From contig OZ024743.1 in assembly GCA_964016885.1 (NCBI GenBank), positions 351,726,001-351,790,000 of the forward strand: a DNA stretch of 64,000 nt, given 5' to 3'. Source of the stretch: Eledone cirrhosa. Taxonomy: Eukaryota. The notes under the pieces were generated by a model that searched no databases, was not told where the DNA came from, and was given only the letters and a program-made list of their open reading frames with translations. Positions 13,808 through 26,635 of this stretch are shown here, one piece after another (the first letter of the stretch is position 1; the number at the start of each line of letters is the position of its first letter). The position numbers were made by a program, and so were the translations under genes.

Positions 13808-13959
13808 CTAGAAAAAAAAAATCATTAAAAAAACAACTTAACTTTGTCATTGATTTATTATGAAAATACAGTCATGCAGTGCTAGAGAAGACTTGCTCAC
13901 CTGAGCAAACATAATTTTTTCAATTTATTCATCCAAACAAGGCAATAAAGGCACTAAAA

Positions 13960-14180
13960 TACAAGAGGTTACTGAGAAGAGAAAAGGGCAATACTGGGAG
14001 AACATAATTCAAGTATAGAGATAACGATTGATGATGTTTTTGAATTTTTGCAAATTATAGTGGTCAAGAAAGCAATAAGCCAAAAGAGAATTCCGTAGGT
14101 GAGATGTGTGAAGGAAGAAACTATGAGAATAGAATTTACGATTGCATTGAAGAACTTCAACTGTAAAGAGATGAGACCTA
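13960..14180 (-). mobile_element. CR1/Jockey-group LINE 3' end
   Basis: FYSHSFFLHTSHLRNSL...YNLQKFKNIINRYL, a typical CR1-group ORF2 C-terminus. Confidence 0.65.
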
Positions 14181-14183
14181 GCA

Positions 14184-14250
14184 ACAAATCTGGTACTTTG
14201 TTTAAAAGCCACAAATCTGGTACTGTATTTAAAAGCCACAAATCTGGTAT
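14184..14250. repeat. 27-bp tandem repeat, about 2.5 copies
   Basis: acaaatctggtac...tttaaaagcc at 14184, 14211 and 14238. Confidence 0.9.
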
Positions 14251-15791
14251 TCTGTTTGATGAAACAAACATTAAAATAATGGTAGTAATGGTGGAAGTCA
14301 GGAAGTATAATATTTTGGTCTATCTCCCATTATATCTCACTTAGGTCTCCATCCACTGTCCACCACCTCTTTCACATCCACCTTATTTCGCTATCACTCA
14401 TCTTCCCTTCTATTCACTGTATTCATCTCTATTACTATCCAGCACTCTCTTGCTACCATTACTATCTCTTTTATTACTCCCGCCAACACTACCTCTCTTC
14501 TATTATACTCTGACTCCAATCATAGATCTGCTCTTTCTCTTCCATTACCCCCTCCCCTAACATCGTCTCTCTCCCAGTATGTTCTCCTATGCCACCCTCT
14601 AAGCACTGGTTTTCCCCCATCATATTCTCACTCCCTTTACTCACTAACTCTGACTCTTCTATCATTATTTTCTCTTCTATTCACCCTCTTAGTAATGTTG
14701 CCTTGAATTAATGGAAACAGTGTAGTGAGTATTCTTTATGCTTTCATAATACAATGCACTTATCACCATTTAACATCTATTTTCCATGCTTACATGATTT
14801 AGATGGGTTATCACATTATGAGACTAGCCATGTCAGGTCAGGTGACTATGTTTTGCTCATACAGATCTACTTTCGACTTGGTTTCTACAGCTGGATGCCC
14901 TTCCTAATATCAACTCAGTACTTTTTCAAGTGGTTGGCAATAGATTGGAAACAAGAGACCCCTTTAGTCCTGTTGAGAACATAATCTCTCTATTGCGAGT
15001 ACCATCATAAAATACATCCAGTACATTGTATCTGTAAAGAGGCTGGTGTTATGAAAGACATCCAGCCATAGAAACCATACCAAAAATGGAATGTATGAGT
15101 GAGATATATTCCTCCAGGCTGTCTAGGAGGGCTTCTCTATCCAACCTATGCCATCATAGAAAGCAGAATGATGATTACATCAATACAAAAACTTGATGTG
15201 GTTGAAATTTTAGTAACAAAAGCAGAAAGGCAGATATTTCCATAAAATAAGATAAAGTTTAGATATTGCATTTTAAGATGTTTATGGGCTATTCTGAATA
15301 TCTTCTGCAAAGGACAGCCAAGCAACCAAACAAAGACAGCAACTTTTTTGCAATCACTGGTTTCATTAGAAAGAAATGCAAGTTTATTCAGAACATTGCT
15401 GGAGAGCTAAGCAAGAATTCATTAGTGATATACTTTTGGTGACACCATGATAGGGATATACACATGTCAGCTGTTGAGCAAGAACTTTCTTTCATTGACC
15501 AGCATTATATGGAAATATAAAACTGGTCAATAAACATCTGAATGCTATGCGAGATCATGATGAGTGGCTCAATCAATCAGGCAAATCTATGCAAGCTTGA
15601 CTAAATGAATTTTAAGATAGTGCAAAATATATAATGAAGGATTGAAAGCAAGTTATGGGATGATGAATGTAAAAACAAAAAGAGAAGTAGCATGGGGGAA
15701 AATATATGAAATATGCAAGTTGAATTCACAATGTATTGAGTAAGAACATTTTCTTAAAGTTATTCAGTCAAAGAAAAGAAAAATAATTTAC

Positions 15792-15910
15792 CTGTAAATC
15801 TGCGATATCTGTTAAAACAGTTTCTAAATCTATTTTTTTTATTGCAACAGTTGTCCCTGATGGTCTATGTTTTGCCAGATAAACAGAAATTGCATCACAG
15901 AACCCATTAC
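15792..15910 (-). CDS. STRAD: STRAD coding exon 4 (GNGFCDAISVYLAKHRPSGTTVAIKKIDLE...LQ)
   Basis: 119 nt, phase 1-0, canonical AG/GT. Gly-loop and VAIK motif. Confidence 0.93.
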
Positions 15911-16612
15911 CTGAAAAATAAAATACCACCAATAAATAACTACCAAAAGTCAAATAATTGTGGGAGGAGATGATTTAGTAAATTTTATTTTTACATAGAA
16001 AACATCTTGTAAGAATATTTGGAATATTACAAATATATATAGAGATGGAATATAAAAGAACCACTGCAATTCAATATCTAATATATAATGTATTCCTATC
16101 ATTCAACCTCCAGAGGATCAATTGCCTCCCTTTAAAGAATGTAAACTGTATAGAGTGGAGAGGACTTCTTAATCCTACAGGTGACACAGTAACCTTTCTA
16201 GTGTTGGTGTCATAAATACACCCAATTTACTCTGTGAAGTAGTTGGCAACCAAACAGAAACAACAGAGTAGCAAGGGCCATTTAGTTTTGACAGGATCAT
16301 GACAACCTCTATAATGCTGGTGCCATGACAAAATTTACGCAGTACATTCTGTAAAGTGGTTAGTGTTAAGAAAGGGCATCCAGCTGTGGAAATCATGCCA
16401 AAAACAGAATGTTCAAGCAAGGGAGGTCTTCCAATCAATCTAAGAGAGGGAAGTAACTCCAAATAAGAACTGACTTGGTCCATAATGATCATCCAACCAA
16501 TGCTATCATAGAAAGTTGACATATGATGACCAATGGGCTGATATACTCTGATATACTTGATTTGGTACTTTAAAACAAACAAATAAAAATGTTGTCAAAT
16601 CTAGTTTCTTAC

Positions 16613-16709
16613 CTATTAAGGAGTATAATGTATAATGTGACCGATTTGGTTCATATTTCACCATTTCTGCATTGTTTTCTGGAAAGACCTCCAGTTGGTT
16701 ATCATTTGA
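16613..16709 (-). CDS. STRAD: STRAD coding exon 3 (SNDNQ...RSHYTLYSLIG)
   Basis: tttcag acceptor and gtaag donor, 97 nt, phase 0-1. Start of the kinase domain (cf. STRADB SHYELQVEIG). Confidence 0.9.
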
Positions 16710-17075
16710 CTGAAATAAACAACTAGCATAGTTGTACAATAGAAATTTATAGTAGTAGTAGTTTTTTTTTCCAATATAAAAACAGATCAATTAAAAATTA
16801 GATCTTTCAAAGAGACAAGATAATGGATGTAGAAAAATATGCTTGGTCTAAAGACAATAGAAGCATGGAGAGGACCAAAGCTTTCCATATACTCTTATAT
16901 ACTTGATTTGGTACTTTAAAACAAACAAATTTATAGTAGTTGGGAAAATCTGCTGCATCTTCTTGCCCCAAAAAGTGTCAAATAAGTTGCAATAGTGTAG
17001 TCCTTCATATAAGGTATTGGCAACTGAGGTGAGTAGGTCACACACGGAGAATGAACCAAGACAATTTATCATTAA

Positions 17076-17283
17076 CCCTTTAGCATTTAAACCAACCGTA
17101 TCTGGCCAGAATTCTCTCTCATCTTTCTGTTCAAACCAGCCATAACCAGTTGCTCATACTGATGTTAAGGTATTGTTCTCAAAATAAATAATATAAAGAT
17201 CTCGTAGATTTGATATTATGTGAAGTAAAGCCTTCACCACGAAAATACAATAGTAAATATAGAGTAATGTAAATGCTAAAGGG
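17076..17283. mobile_element. piggyBac-type MITE family A (other copies 20991-21153, 25045-25246, about 41682-41873, 48074-48194, 60785-60992)
   Basis: TTAA|CCCTTTAGCATTTA...TAAATGCTAAAGGG|TTAA. Confidence 0.85.
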
Positions 17284-17649
17284 TTAAGATATTACCAGAC
17301 AAGCAAAAGCTTGGACAGCCAAAGAAGATTTGATATAGAACTGAAGCAGTTGAGGGTAAGCTGAGAGTGCAGCTTGCTGAGAGCAAAGCACAAGATATTG
17401 CTAAAAAAACAGAATAAATAGTGTCCAAATGTCAACGCATTATTTCTCAATCAAGAAGAGCATTAATTATAACTATACAGCCATTTTGTCCAAAATATTT
17501 AGAATTCATGGAAAAGGGTGGGGGGCAAATGTTCTAGAATGGTTTTATGCACACCAGAAATCAGCACTCTCTCTCAATGGTGTTGCTTATCTGTCTCCCT
17601 CATACATACTCCATCTATCTTGGTATGTGTGTGTGTGTGTGTATAACTT

Positions 17650-18360
17650 ATGTACAGCATCATCATCATTCAACACTCCTTTTCTCTGCTAGCAAGAGTT
17701 GAACAACTCATCACATATTATGTCAGTACTTAATCAGAGCTACAGACCTCTAAGACAGGCTGGATAGCCCACTTTTGCAATTTTCAGAGAGTACTAGGTA
17801 CATTTTATCATGGTATCACAGCACTAGGGAGGTTGTTATGTCTTTAGTACACATTATCATCAACATTTTAGCAATTACATCTCTCCACTCATGATGCCTC
17901 TTCATTGTCATCTCTCTGAGTTTCAGGGATTGAGATCAGCTATCATCACTTCCACCCAGGTCTTCCTTGGTCATTTACTGTGGCTTCTTGTCATATCCAT
18001 ACCAGTGCAGTCTTCAGTCTTGCACACCCTATCTGATTCCTCTTATACCCAATTTTTCTCTCAGTTCATCTATCCTGTGTTGTTCACACGCATTAACATT
18101 ACACATCCATCAAACCATTCTCACCAGCCTTTGCATATCCTCTGCATTCACTAACCATGTCTCAGTTACATGCAGCATTCCACATTGCATACAGGTATCA
18201 TACAACCAACCTTTCTTTCATAGGGAGAAACCTTTTGTTGTGAACAGAAGTAGCAGCTCCCTGACTATTTTTCCATCCTGTTCTTGGAGCAGCCACCTCC
18301 ACTGTTAATTAGGTCACCTAGGTAGCAGAAACTATCAACCACGTCTACGGAATTCTCCAA
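17650..18360 (-). mobile_element. Degraded RTE LINE 3' portion
   Basis: cat-repeat tail plus remnants homologous to the other RTE copies. Confidence 0.75.
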
Positions 18361-18483
18361 GCTCTATGAAAGGTGTGTGTGTGTGTGTGTGTGTATGTAT
18401 ATAATCCACAAACATAGCTTTATTAAAGTTTAGTAAAGAAACCAAATACTACTTATTCCATTCATACTATGTACTAGTAATCA

Positions 18484-18985
18484 TAATTGTTTCTACATTT
18501 GGCACAAGGCCAGCAATTACCCCAGTGCATTACTGCTGCTTTATTTTATCAATCCTGTAAGGATGAAAGGCAAAGTTAACCTTGGCGGGATTTGAACCCA
18601 GAACGTAAAGGGCCATAACTCTATGCTGCAAAGCATGGTGTCTGACGCTCTACCAATACTGCCAATCCACCATCCTAGTAATAATAATAATTGTTTCTAC
18701 TATTGGCACAAGGCCAGCAATTACCCAGTGCATTACTGGTACTTTATTTTATCGACCCCGTAAGGATGAAAGGCAAAGTTAACCTCGGTGGGATTTAATA
18801 ATAATAATTGTTTCTACGTTAGGCACAAGGCCAGCAATTACCCAGTGTATTACTGGTACTTTATTTTATCGACCCCGTAAGGATGAAAGGCAAAGTTAAC
18901 CTCGGCGGGATTTGAACTCAGAATGGCAAGGGCCGTAACTCTATGCGTCAAAGCATGGCGTCCGACCCTCTACCAATACACCAAT
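18484..18985 (-). mobile_element. Cluster of three tandem tRNA-derived octopod SINEs (OK/OR-like)
   Basis: Repeated ggcacaaggccagcaatt...cgaccccgtaaggatgaaaggcaaag...gatttgaactc (B box on the minus strand). Confidence 0.9.
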
Positions 18986-19107
18986 AATAATGACAATCTA
19001 ACTGAATTCCTGAAACATAGAATGCAGCACTGTAATAGCCAGAAAAGAGATGAGAGTTTTTAAAACAAACAATGTGGCTGAAAAGAAGAAAAAAATTTTT
19101 AACTTAC

Positions 19108-19182
19108 TGGATATTGTAAATCACGATCAAAAGGTGCTGAAACCGGTGAATCTCCTACACGTGCCTTAGCGCATGCACAGTG
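19108..19182 (-). CDS. STRAD: STRAD coding exon 2 (HCACAKARVGDSPVSAPFDRDLQYP)
   Basis: cag acceptor and gtaagt donor, 75 nt, phase 0-0. CxC start resembles STRADB MSLL-DCFC. Confidence 0.75.
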
Positions 19183-19739
19183 CTGAAATGTAGATGAAAA
19201 ACAATCTTCTATTCTTGTAAGCAAAAAATAGACAAGGCGATAGTTGTCATGTTTAATTTAAAAAATACAAACCTTGTGAAATGCATATACTTCATAGACA
19301 ATTCCTTTAGCTATCTATCAGTATCATTTGTTAAAAGCTATTACTGTCAGAATTAACTACAAGAGCAACATCTATCACACCAACTTTTCATTTGTAGACA
19401 TGCATATATGGGGTAGATTTGCATGAGATAGGGTACCAAAATCAGGGCTGGAACCATGGTTAATAATCGCAAATATAAACATTGTCTTATCTTTGGACAT
19501 ATTGTACTACTTATTGCGGTATATTTAAAGTAATATGCTGTATATCAAGTTGATCTCAGAATCAAGGGATTCGTCCTTGGAGAGAGAGAGAGAGAGAGAG
19601 AGCTGCCAAAGTACACAAAAGAATCCACTACATTAAGTCTGGTCCCTAGAACACCTATATTTGGTTCTATCTAGAGCAGGTGTAAACATCACCTTAGTTC
19701 TCTTCAAGTTTATTCTAAATCAAAATGCTGCACATCCAT

Positions 19740-20030
19740 TGGAGAGGGGTGAATCGATGGAGGGTGTTAGGATGTTGGAGCTTAGGAAGAGCAGTATGCA
19801 CTAGATGTATGCTTCAACCTGTGCACATAAGAAGGCAGGTTTTCAGAATTACTGCATAAAGAGATCCAGAGATCTCGATCCTGTATCATTGCCTTCAAAA
19901 GGTGTAATTGTACAAGGTCAGCTTTTATCATCTCATCCAATGTCTTCCAACTCCATAGCTTCCATCAATTTTGAGTGCCCTGCACATTTTTATACAGCTG
20001 TCATCCTTCATACGCATCACATGTCCATAC
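19740..20030 (-). mobile_element. RTE 3' fragment
   Basis: Homologous to 1100-1300 and 43700-43930. Confidence 0.7.
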
Positions 20031-22757
20031 CAAGAAAACTAAATATAAATTTTAACAGATTTTTTTTCATTTGTACTTTTCAGGAGTGACAGTGAAATAA
20101 GCTAAATAGATTTAAAATTTAAAAAAAAAAACAATTTGTAATAGATAAATAAATTTCATGGAAATTATAGATGGTATTTCTCACACTGCAAACCAGTCCC
20201 TTAAAAGCATTTCAACTGATTGAAAAATTTGTAGCAATAATAGTTGTTAAACTGTGAAAAATTAAGAGAATTCAAACAAAACCAGGTTTTCTTATTTCCA
20301 TTAGAAATAGAATATCTAGTATTCACACTACAAATATAATTAACTAATTTTTATGCAGAACACAGTATAAATTAGATTTAAGATAAATTTAATAAGTTTC
20401 ACTGTGAAAAGAAGGAAGAGTAAACAAACTTTCCACTATACCTCTGACACAGAAAAACATATTTCAATGACGAACAGAATATCAAATAAAATAAAATATA
20501 TATTAACCAACTGAACTAAACATTTTGAGATGGCAGATTGGAGGGAGGGGGAGGGGGGGGGGGGGGGGGCATTAAACGATTTCATAATCAAAAAACTAAA
20601 AATACAATATATTTATGAAATGTGCAAACCATTACACATGAAATGGTTATTTCATTTGTCTAGTAAGTAGTGGATTTGTTATTTTTCACATTCAAATTCT
20701 TGTCACAATTATACACATATTTTCTGCTAAATCATTAAAGGATGTTAAGAGTTAATGCATATATTTATTTGTTGGAAGCTGAAGCCTCACTAGATTTACC
20801 CTGAGGACTCCCATTTTGTTAGAAATTTGGATTAGTGGCAGAGCAATGCTTTGCCTGGCAATTTAATTCATATTACATACATGCACTCACACCTGGAAAA
20901 ATTACACATAGAAGTACATACACTGGCTTTATATCTTTTTTAACAATTACTCTAGAATATGTTTCATATATAATGTAGCTTCAATTTTAACCCTTTAGCA
21001 TTAAACCGGCTGTATCTGGCCACTCATACTGACGTTAAAGTACTGTTCTCAAAATAAATAAGATCAAAACTTCGTAGATTTGATATTATGTAGGATAAAG
21101 CCTTTACCCCAAAAATACAATAGTAAATATAGAGTAATGTAAATGCTAAAGGGTTATGGTTTTTATTTTTCATGCATACAACTTCTATATTTTATCATTA
21201 CACTTGTGAAGCATAGCATTTAATGTACAAATTGCGTGTGTTTGTATACACAGATTGTATATAGAATAAAAAAAAATTATTTAAATCTTTATTAGTAATA
21301 TTTAGTAATAATGGTTTCTGATTTAAATCGACTCCAGTGCGTTATTTTATTTTATCGACCCCGTAAGGATGAAAGGTATAGCTAACCTCGGCAGGATTGG
21401 AACTCAGAACGTAAAGGGCTGTAACTCTATGCCATAAAGCATGTTGTCTGAGGCTCTACCAATACTGCCAATCTAGTAATAATAGATATGCTAATGATTA
21501 AACAAAATTATGATATATAAAATTGTACCTAGCAATAAATATACTAAAAAAGCATCTTAAAACTCCAAAGTTGTTTCTACATATCCATATATTGTTCAAA
21601 ATCCTGTACAGTTAAACTGCAAATTCTGCACCTTTAGAATTGGAACTTGTGTTAAACTAGGTTTAGCAATGTGTGGGACTAATACCTTCAGTCTTTAATT
21701 AGTGTTTATTTTTTACTTTCTTTCTCAGCACAATACTTTCATAGGTCATTTGTATGTACTTGCCTTATCTAATTTGGAATCATTACATTTTATTCACACA
21801 TTTAAATCAGCTGTCATATTGCCACAAGGTCAATCTTCACACACACTGCAACTTGACCCATTCCAAATATTTGGTTACACATTGTCACCTAACCATCAAC
21901 TATCTTAATCATTAAGCATTACTACACAGCCATATTAAGTACCATTATTAAGCAAAGAACATTTATTTTATTGGAAATTATTATATTCTATGTTAAAGGC
22001 TTATAATTAAGGACATTTCAGTAATTAAAAGACAAGCTGTTTCCATAGTCTTGTATGATCAAATTTCACTATTTATTTACTAGGGCACATAAAACATAAA
22101 CACATCTCCAATTTGAACTGTTCCCACCCCCCAAGTTTACCAACAACTGCTTTAGGTAACTGCCCAAAAAATTCATTGATGCAGACTTCTGTAGTTCTCA
22201 ACCAACTAATTACAATGATGAAATTTCCTTATCGAATAATCTTATGACATTTACCTCATCATCTAGTATATTCCTAAGACAGATTTACAATGCACCCTTT
22301 AATACGTCTCACAGGATGAGCTCTTAAAATAAATTTAGTTAATAAAAAAAATAAAAAAAACTCTTCTCTAGAAGTATAGGTAAATGCAATATTGATTTCA
22401 AATAAGATATTTTCAGGGTGGTTATAGCTAATTATGCCAACCCCCGTACCTGACTGGTATTTTATTTCATCAACTTTGGAAGAATAAAAGGCTAAATTGA
22501 CCTCAACAGGATTTGAACTCAGAATGTATAGAGGCAAAACTAAATACTATAAGGCATTTTGTTCACTGCTCTACTGATTCTGTCATAATATCCTTGTACA
22601 TAAAATGTATCCTGGAATTAAGAAAAGTTTTATTTTTTATTTCTATAACAATCAAAATAATCTCAGAGAAATTTCTTCAATGTCTAATACTAGTATTAGT
22701 AGTAAAATGTTGCTGCCAATGCATTTTTAAACAGTTACACGTTGGCAAGATACTCAC

Positions 22758-22769
22758 CAAAAACGACAT
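22758..22769 (-). CDS. STRAD: STRAD pseudokinase, first coding exon (MSFL); exon extends 5' as UTR to about 22813
   Basis: Minus strand reads ttttcag|...ATG TCG TTT TTG|gtgagt. MSFL matches the start of human STRADA (MSFL) and STRADB (MSLL). Phase 0 joins the next exon. Confidence 0.8.
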
Positions 22770-25312
22770 TTATGGCCAGCCAGCAAGCACTACCAAACAA
22801 AATCCTGGAAATTCTGAAAATGAAGACTTCTTTCTTTAATAATATCTGATACTAAATCTAAAGACACTATTAAATGGCAAAATACTTCACTAGCTTATCA
22901 GCAGAGTGAAATGTGTTCTTGATACTTATCAATATTCCTTGTTAATGCTCAAATTTAAGTAATTCTAGTAATTTACTTCAACAACCCCTATTGAAGACTG
23001 CTCCTAAACTAATAATAATAATAACAGTAATCCAATCACTCAAAAATCTGGTCCAGTTGGTTAATTCAAGAAATTTTAAAAGACAAAGTATTCATACATT
23101 CTTTTTTTTTTTAAATCAATAACAAATGTTTTAGGTGCAGAATATTTAAGAAAGTTTTAATAGTAAAAGTTTCAAATGAGCTACTGATAATATTTATTTT
23201 TTAAATACCTATGGACTATTGAAATATTTCTTTGTATTTAATTGAAGTTTCAACCAGTTTGATTTTTTTTACTTTCAACAAACTATCACCATGGACTGAA
23301 CTAATACAATGTATTCTAAATATAGTTTTCTATTTGCGACATTTTTTAACATAACTTAATTTAGATATACAGACTAAAGATTATAGTATTATAGTAGCTT
23401 TCTATCAATGAGAATTCCAAAAATATCCTACTTAAGAATGAGTCACCGGGGAGGGGGATTAATTTTTCAGTCTAATCTGCAGTATAACAAAAAATTGACA
23501 CACCAAACTACTTGAAACATAAGTACACAGATAGTTAGTCGATGTGTCTGTTGCCATACTATGTTTTTTTTTTATTTATGTATTTTTTCTTCAGAAAAAT
23601 CAAAATTTAGATAACAGCAGAAGGTTCGCTTAAATTTCTACAATACATAAAATCCAAAACACTAAAAGGAATGTAAAACGAAAATGTATTAGAGTATTAG
23701 AGACAGGTGAAAAATAGAAGCAGTGCAATTTTATTGTTTTCTCTTCAGCAAGAAAACATAGAAATATTGATTTTAGATTAACTCTTTTGGTATCAAACCG
23801 TCCGAAACCTCCCTTGGTTCTAAAATACAAAACTACTTGTTTTAAAGTGTATGTATTTATAGAAAAACCTTCCATCATAATTTTATGTAAGAACCTTTGT
23901 TGAGTTATATTCTAAACACAAGCTTAATAATGAGTAATTTAGTTGTTACTAAATTTGATCAAATCCAAAATTATTTTCAAGATTATTTGAAAATCATAAA
24001 GTGTCTTTCATCTTAAGATGAGCAGAGATGATCTTGTTCTTAATAATTTAATAGTCTAACACCTGTATTAGGATGTTTATTATCACGAGGGAAAGAATCC
24101 AATAACCTTTATAAATTCATAATTATTTCATTCACTTTATCCATTATGGCTAAGGTCATGTGGAGCAGTTGCAGTAAGATCTGGACATTTTTAACAAATA
24201 TGGCATGAAATTGAAAATAGAGCCTGATTTTTGTACACACATGCACACATACATATATAATTACTTGAATAAAAATAGACTCTCATTATTTTGTCAGTTG
24301 TTTTATTTATATCACATCACATATCCTTCTTATTAAGTCAACAAACTAGTTTTTAAAATGTTCCCCATGTTCTAGAAATAAAATTCATTGCAATCTACAT
24401 TTTGAACAATTCATTTCTACAAGTAATAAAATCACAATGTAAACAAATATAATTCCTACACAAATTGTGACAAAATAAATAAAAATCATTTTAAACAGTA
24501 TGTCTTTACATATTTATTGCTTTCTATCTACAAACATTTTGTACAAGAATTCATGGAAAAAAAAAGCATACAATTTCTCTACAAGAGGTTAAGGAAAAAC
24601 ATTAATATAAGTTGATTGTTTACAATCATTAAGACACTCAGAATACATGATAAATTGCTAGATACAAAAATAATTCCTTACATTACTATCATCGCTTTTA
24701 TAATGTTTAGTCTTGAAACATTTTTACTTTGAGACAAATACAAGAAAATTATGGTCAATGTTGCATTTGTATAATCAGATTGTACTTAGAGCAATTACTA
24801 ATACTTGGTAATCAGTCAATAAGGTTCTAAAACTGTTGTTTTCCTCATATTTATTTACTCTGAAATTGTTTTAGAAAAATTGTGCTTCAAATAGGCTTTC
24901 AAAAGTGAATACGTTTTGAATTTTAAACTTAGTCTTTTAAGACTGATTTTATGAAAGTTAAATATTTTCTTTCTTCCCCCTCACACCAAATATCTAAAAT
25001 GTATTATTTAAATCAGAAATTGGAAGAAGTTATATTACATTTAACCTTTTAGCATTTACATTACTCTATATATACTATTGTATTTTCACAGTAAAGGCTT
25101 TATCTTATATAATTATCTCACATAATATTGAATTTACAAGATTTTGATGTTATCTATTTTGAGAATAATACTTTAATGTAGGTATGAGCAGCCAGTTATG
25201 GCCAGTTTGAACAGAAAGAGATGAGAGAATTCTGGCCAGATACGGGTTAACTATAAATGACAAATTGAAAATTAAATTACGATTTATTCATTTATCTAAA
25301 ATACTCTCCAAA

Positions 25313-26315
25313 TCTATATATATAAAGTTGTAGTTCCTGTCTGTTTGTTCACAAACTCCTCCTATGGTTTTGGAGATAGACCCCCATAACTATATATATT
25401 CTGAAATTACATTGCCTAGAGTACTTGGACAAGTATATTTCATTTTAATCAAAGGGTTCCCGGGAACACAAACCCCTGCTGAACATTTTTTTCCCTTCGA
25501 TTTATATGAAATTTAAACCATAGGTAAATGACAAGACATGATGGATATTCACAAAATTTCAGCAAATTTCAATATTAAGACACCCTGATGAGGGTTAAAC
25601 CCCCTATAGTGAAAATTTGGGCCAATAAATGGCACAAGATGTGTTGTAACAAGATTGCATGAGAATTTGATTGAAGCAACCACTACAAAGGTCAAGCTCT
25701 TCTCATTCCAAGGATTCCAAGTGATAGCAAGTTGCCTTTTACATTTAAGAGGCTGCAGTTCCCAGTGAGGCCATGCTTTGTCATGAGCATCAATAAGAAT
25801 CAAGGTCAAACTTTCAAACCTATTGGTATAGATCTGACAAACATGTTTCAGTCTTGGCATGTTTTATGTGGCTGTTTCAAGGACTGGAACTTCAAAAAAA
25901 ATCTCTACATTTTAGCCAATCAAGGAATGTTGTTTACCCTGAAGTTCTTCATTGGGACAAAGTATGAAATATATTTTCATGTATTTATTATTTTTTTAAA
26001 TAAATAATTAAACTTTGAATTTATAATTTTAAAATAATGCTTTACACAAAAATGAAATGCTCAAGTTTTGAATTGATATTTTGAAAAAAATTATTTACAA
26101 GAAACAAAATAAGAATAAGATTTAATAATGTAATTTTGATTTGATATATTACAAAAAATAATGTTTTCCAATTTTTCATGCCTTACATTTTACATTGAGT
26201 AATATTGAAATGCAGAGTTTTTCTCCATAAATTATATCACTGATTTAAAATCAATCATCATTTTCTTACAAAAAAAAATGTGTGAAACGCAGCAAGGCGC
26301 GGGTAATTCGACTAG
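25313..26315 (+). mobile_element. Non-autonomous Helitron carrying a PIF1 helicase C-terminal remnant
   Basis: A|TCTATATATATAAA start and GC-rich subterminal gcgcggg...CTAG|T end. Internal PFTFKRLQFPVRPCFVMSINKNQGQT. Confidence 0.85.
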
Positions 26316-26635
26316 TTGAATAAATATAAGGGCTTCTAAAAGGCCGTAGATTTTGCAGGATGGGAATAGTCCATTATGACAACAATAATTAACCCCAGTA
26401 TGACCCCTGAAGAATGAAAGATAAAGTCAACTGCTGCAGGTTCTGAACACAGAATGTAACTAAATATTGCACATTTATTTATCTGCTGCTCAACTGATTC
26501 TGCCTATGCTTTATAACATACATGCAGAGTCAGATTTTGGAGAGAGAACACAGTTAATTATATTAACAGTGTACTTGACAGATACTCATTTTATCAACAC
26601 CAGAAGAATGAAACGGAAATTCATCCTTACTGGCA

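Noticed and set aside
19273-19310. Alternative STRAD start exon (MKYMHFT, donor gtttgt)
   Set aside because: The ATG frame ends in phase 2 and hits a stop in the next exon. The MSFL exon at 22758 fits phase and homology better.
25583-25615. Hammerhead-like CTGATGA motif (also near 30809)
   Set aside because: No GAAA directly after stem II and no supporting stems I and III.
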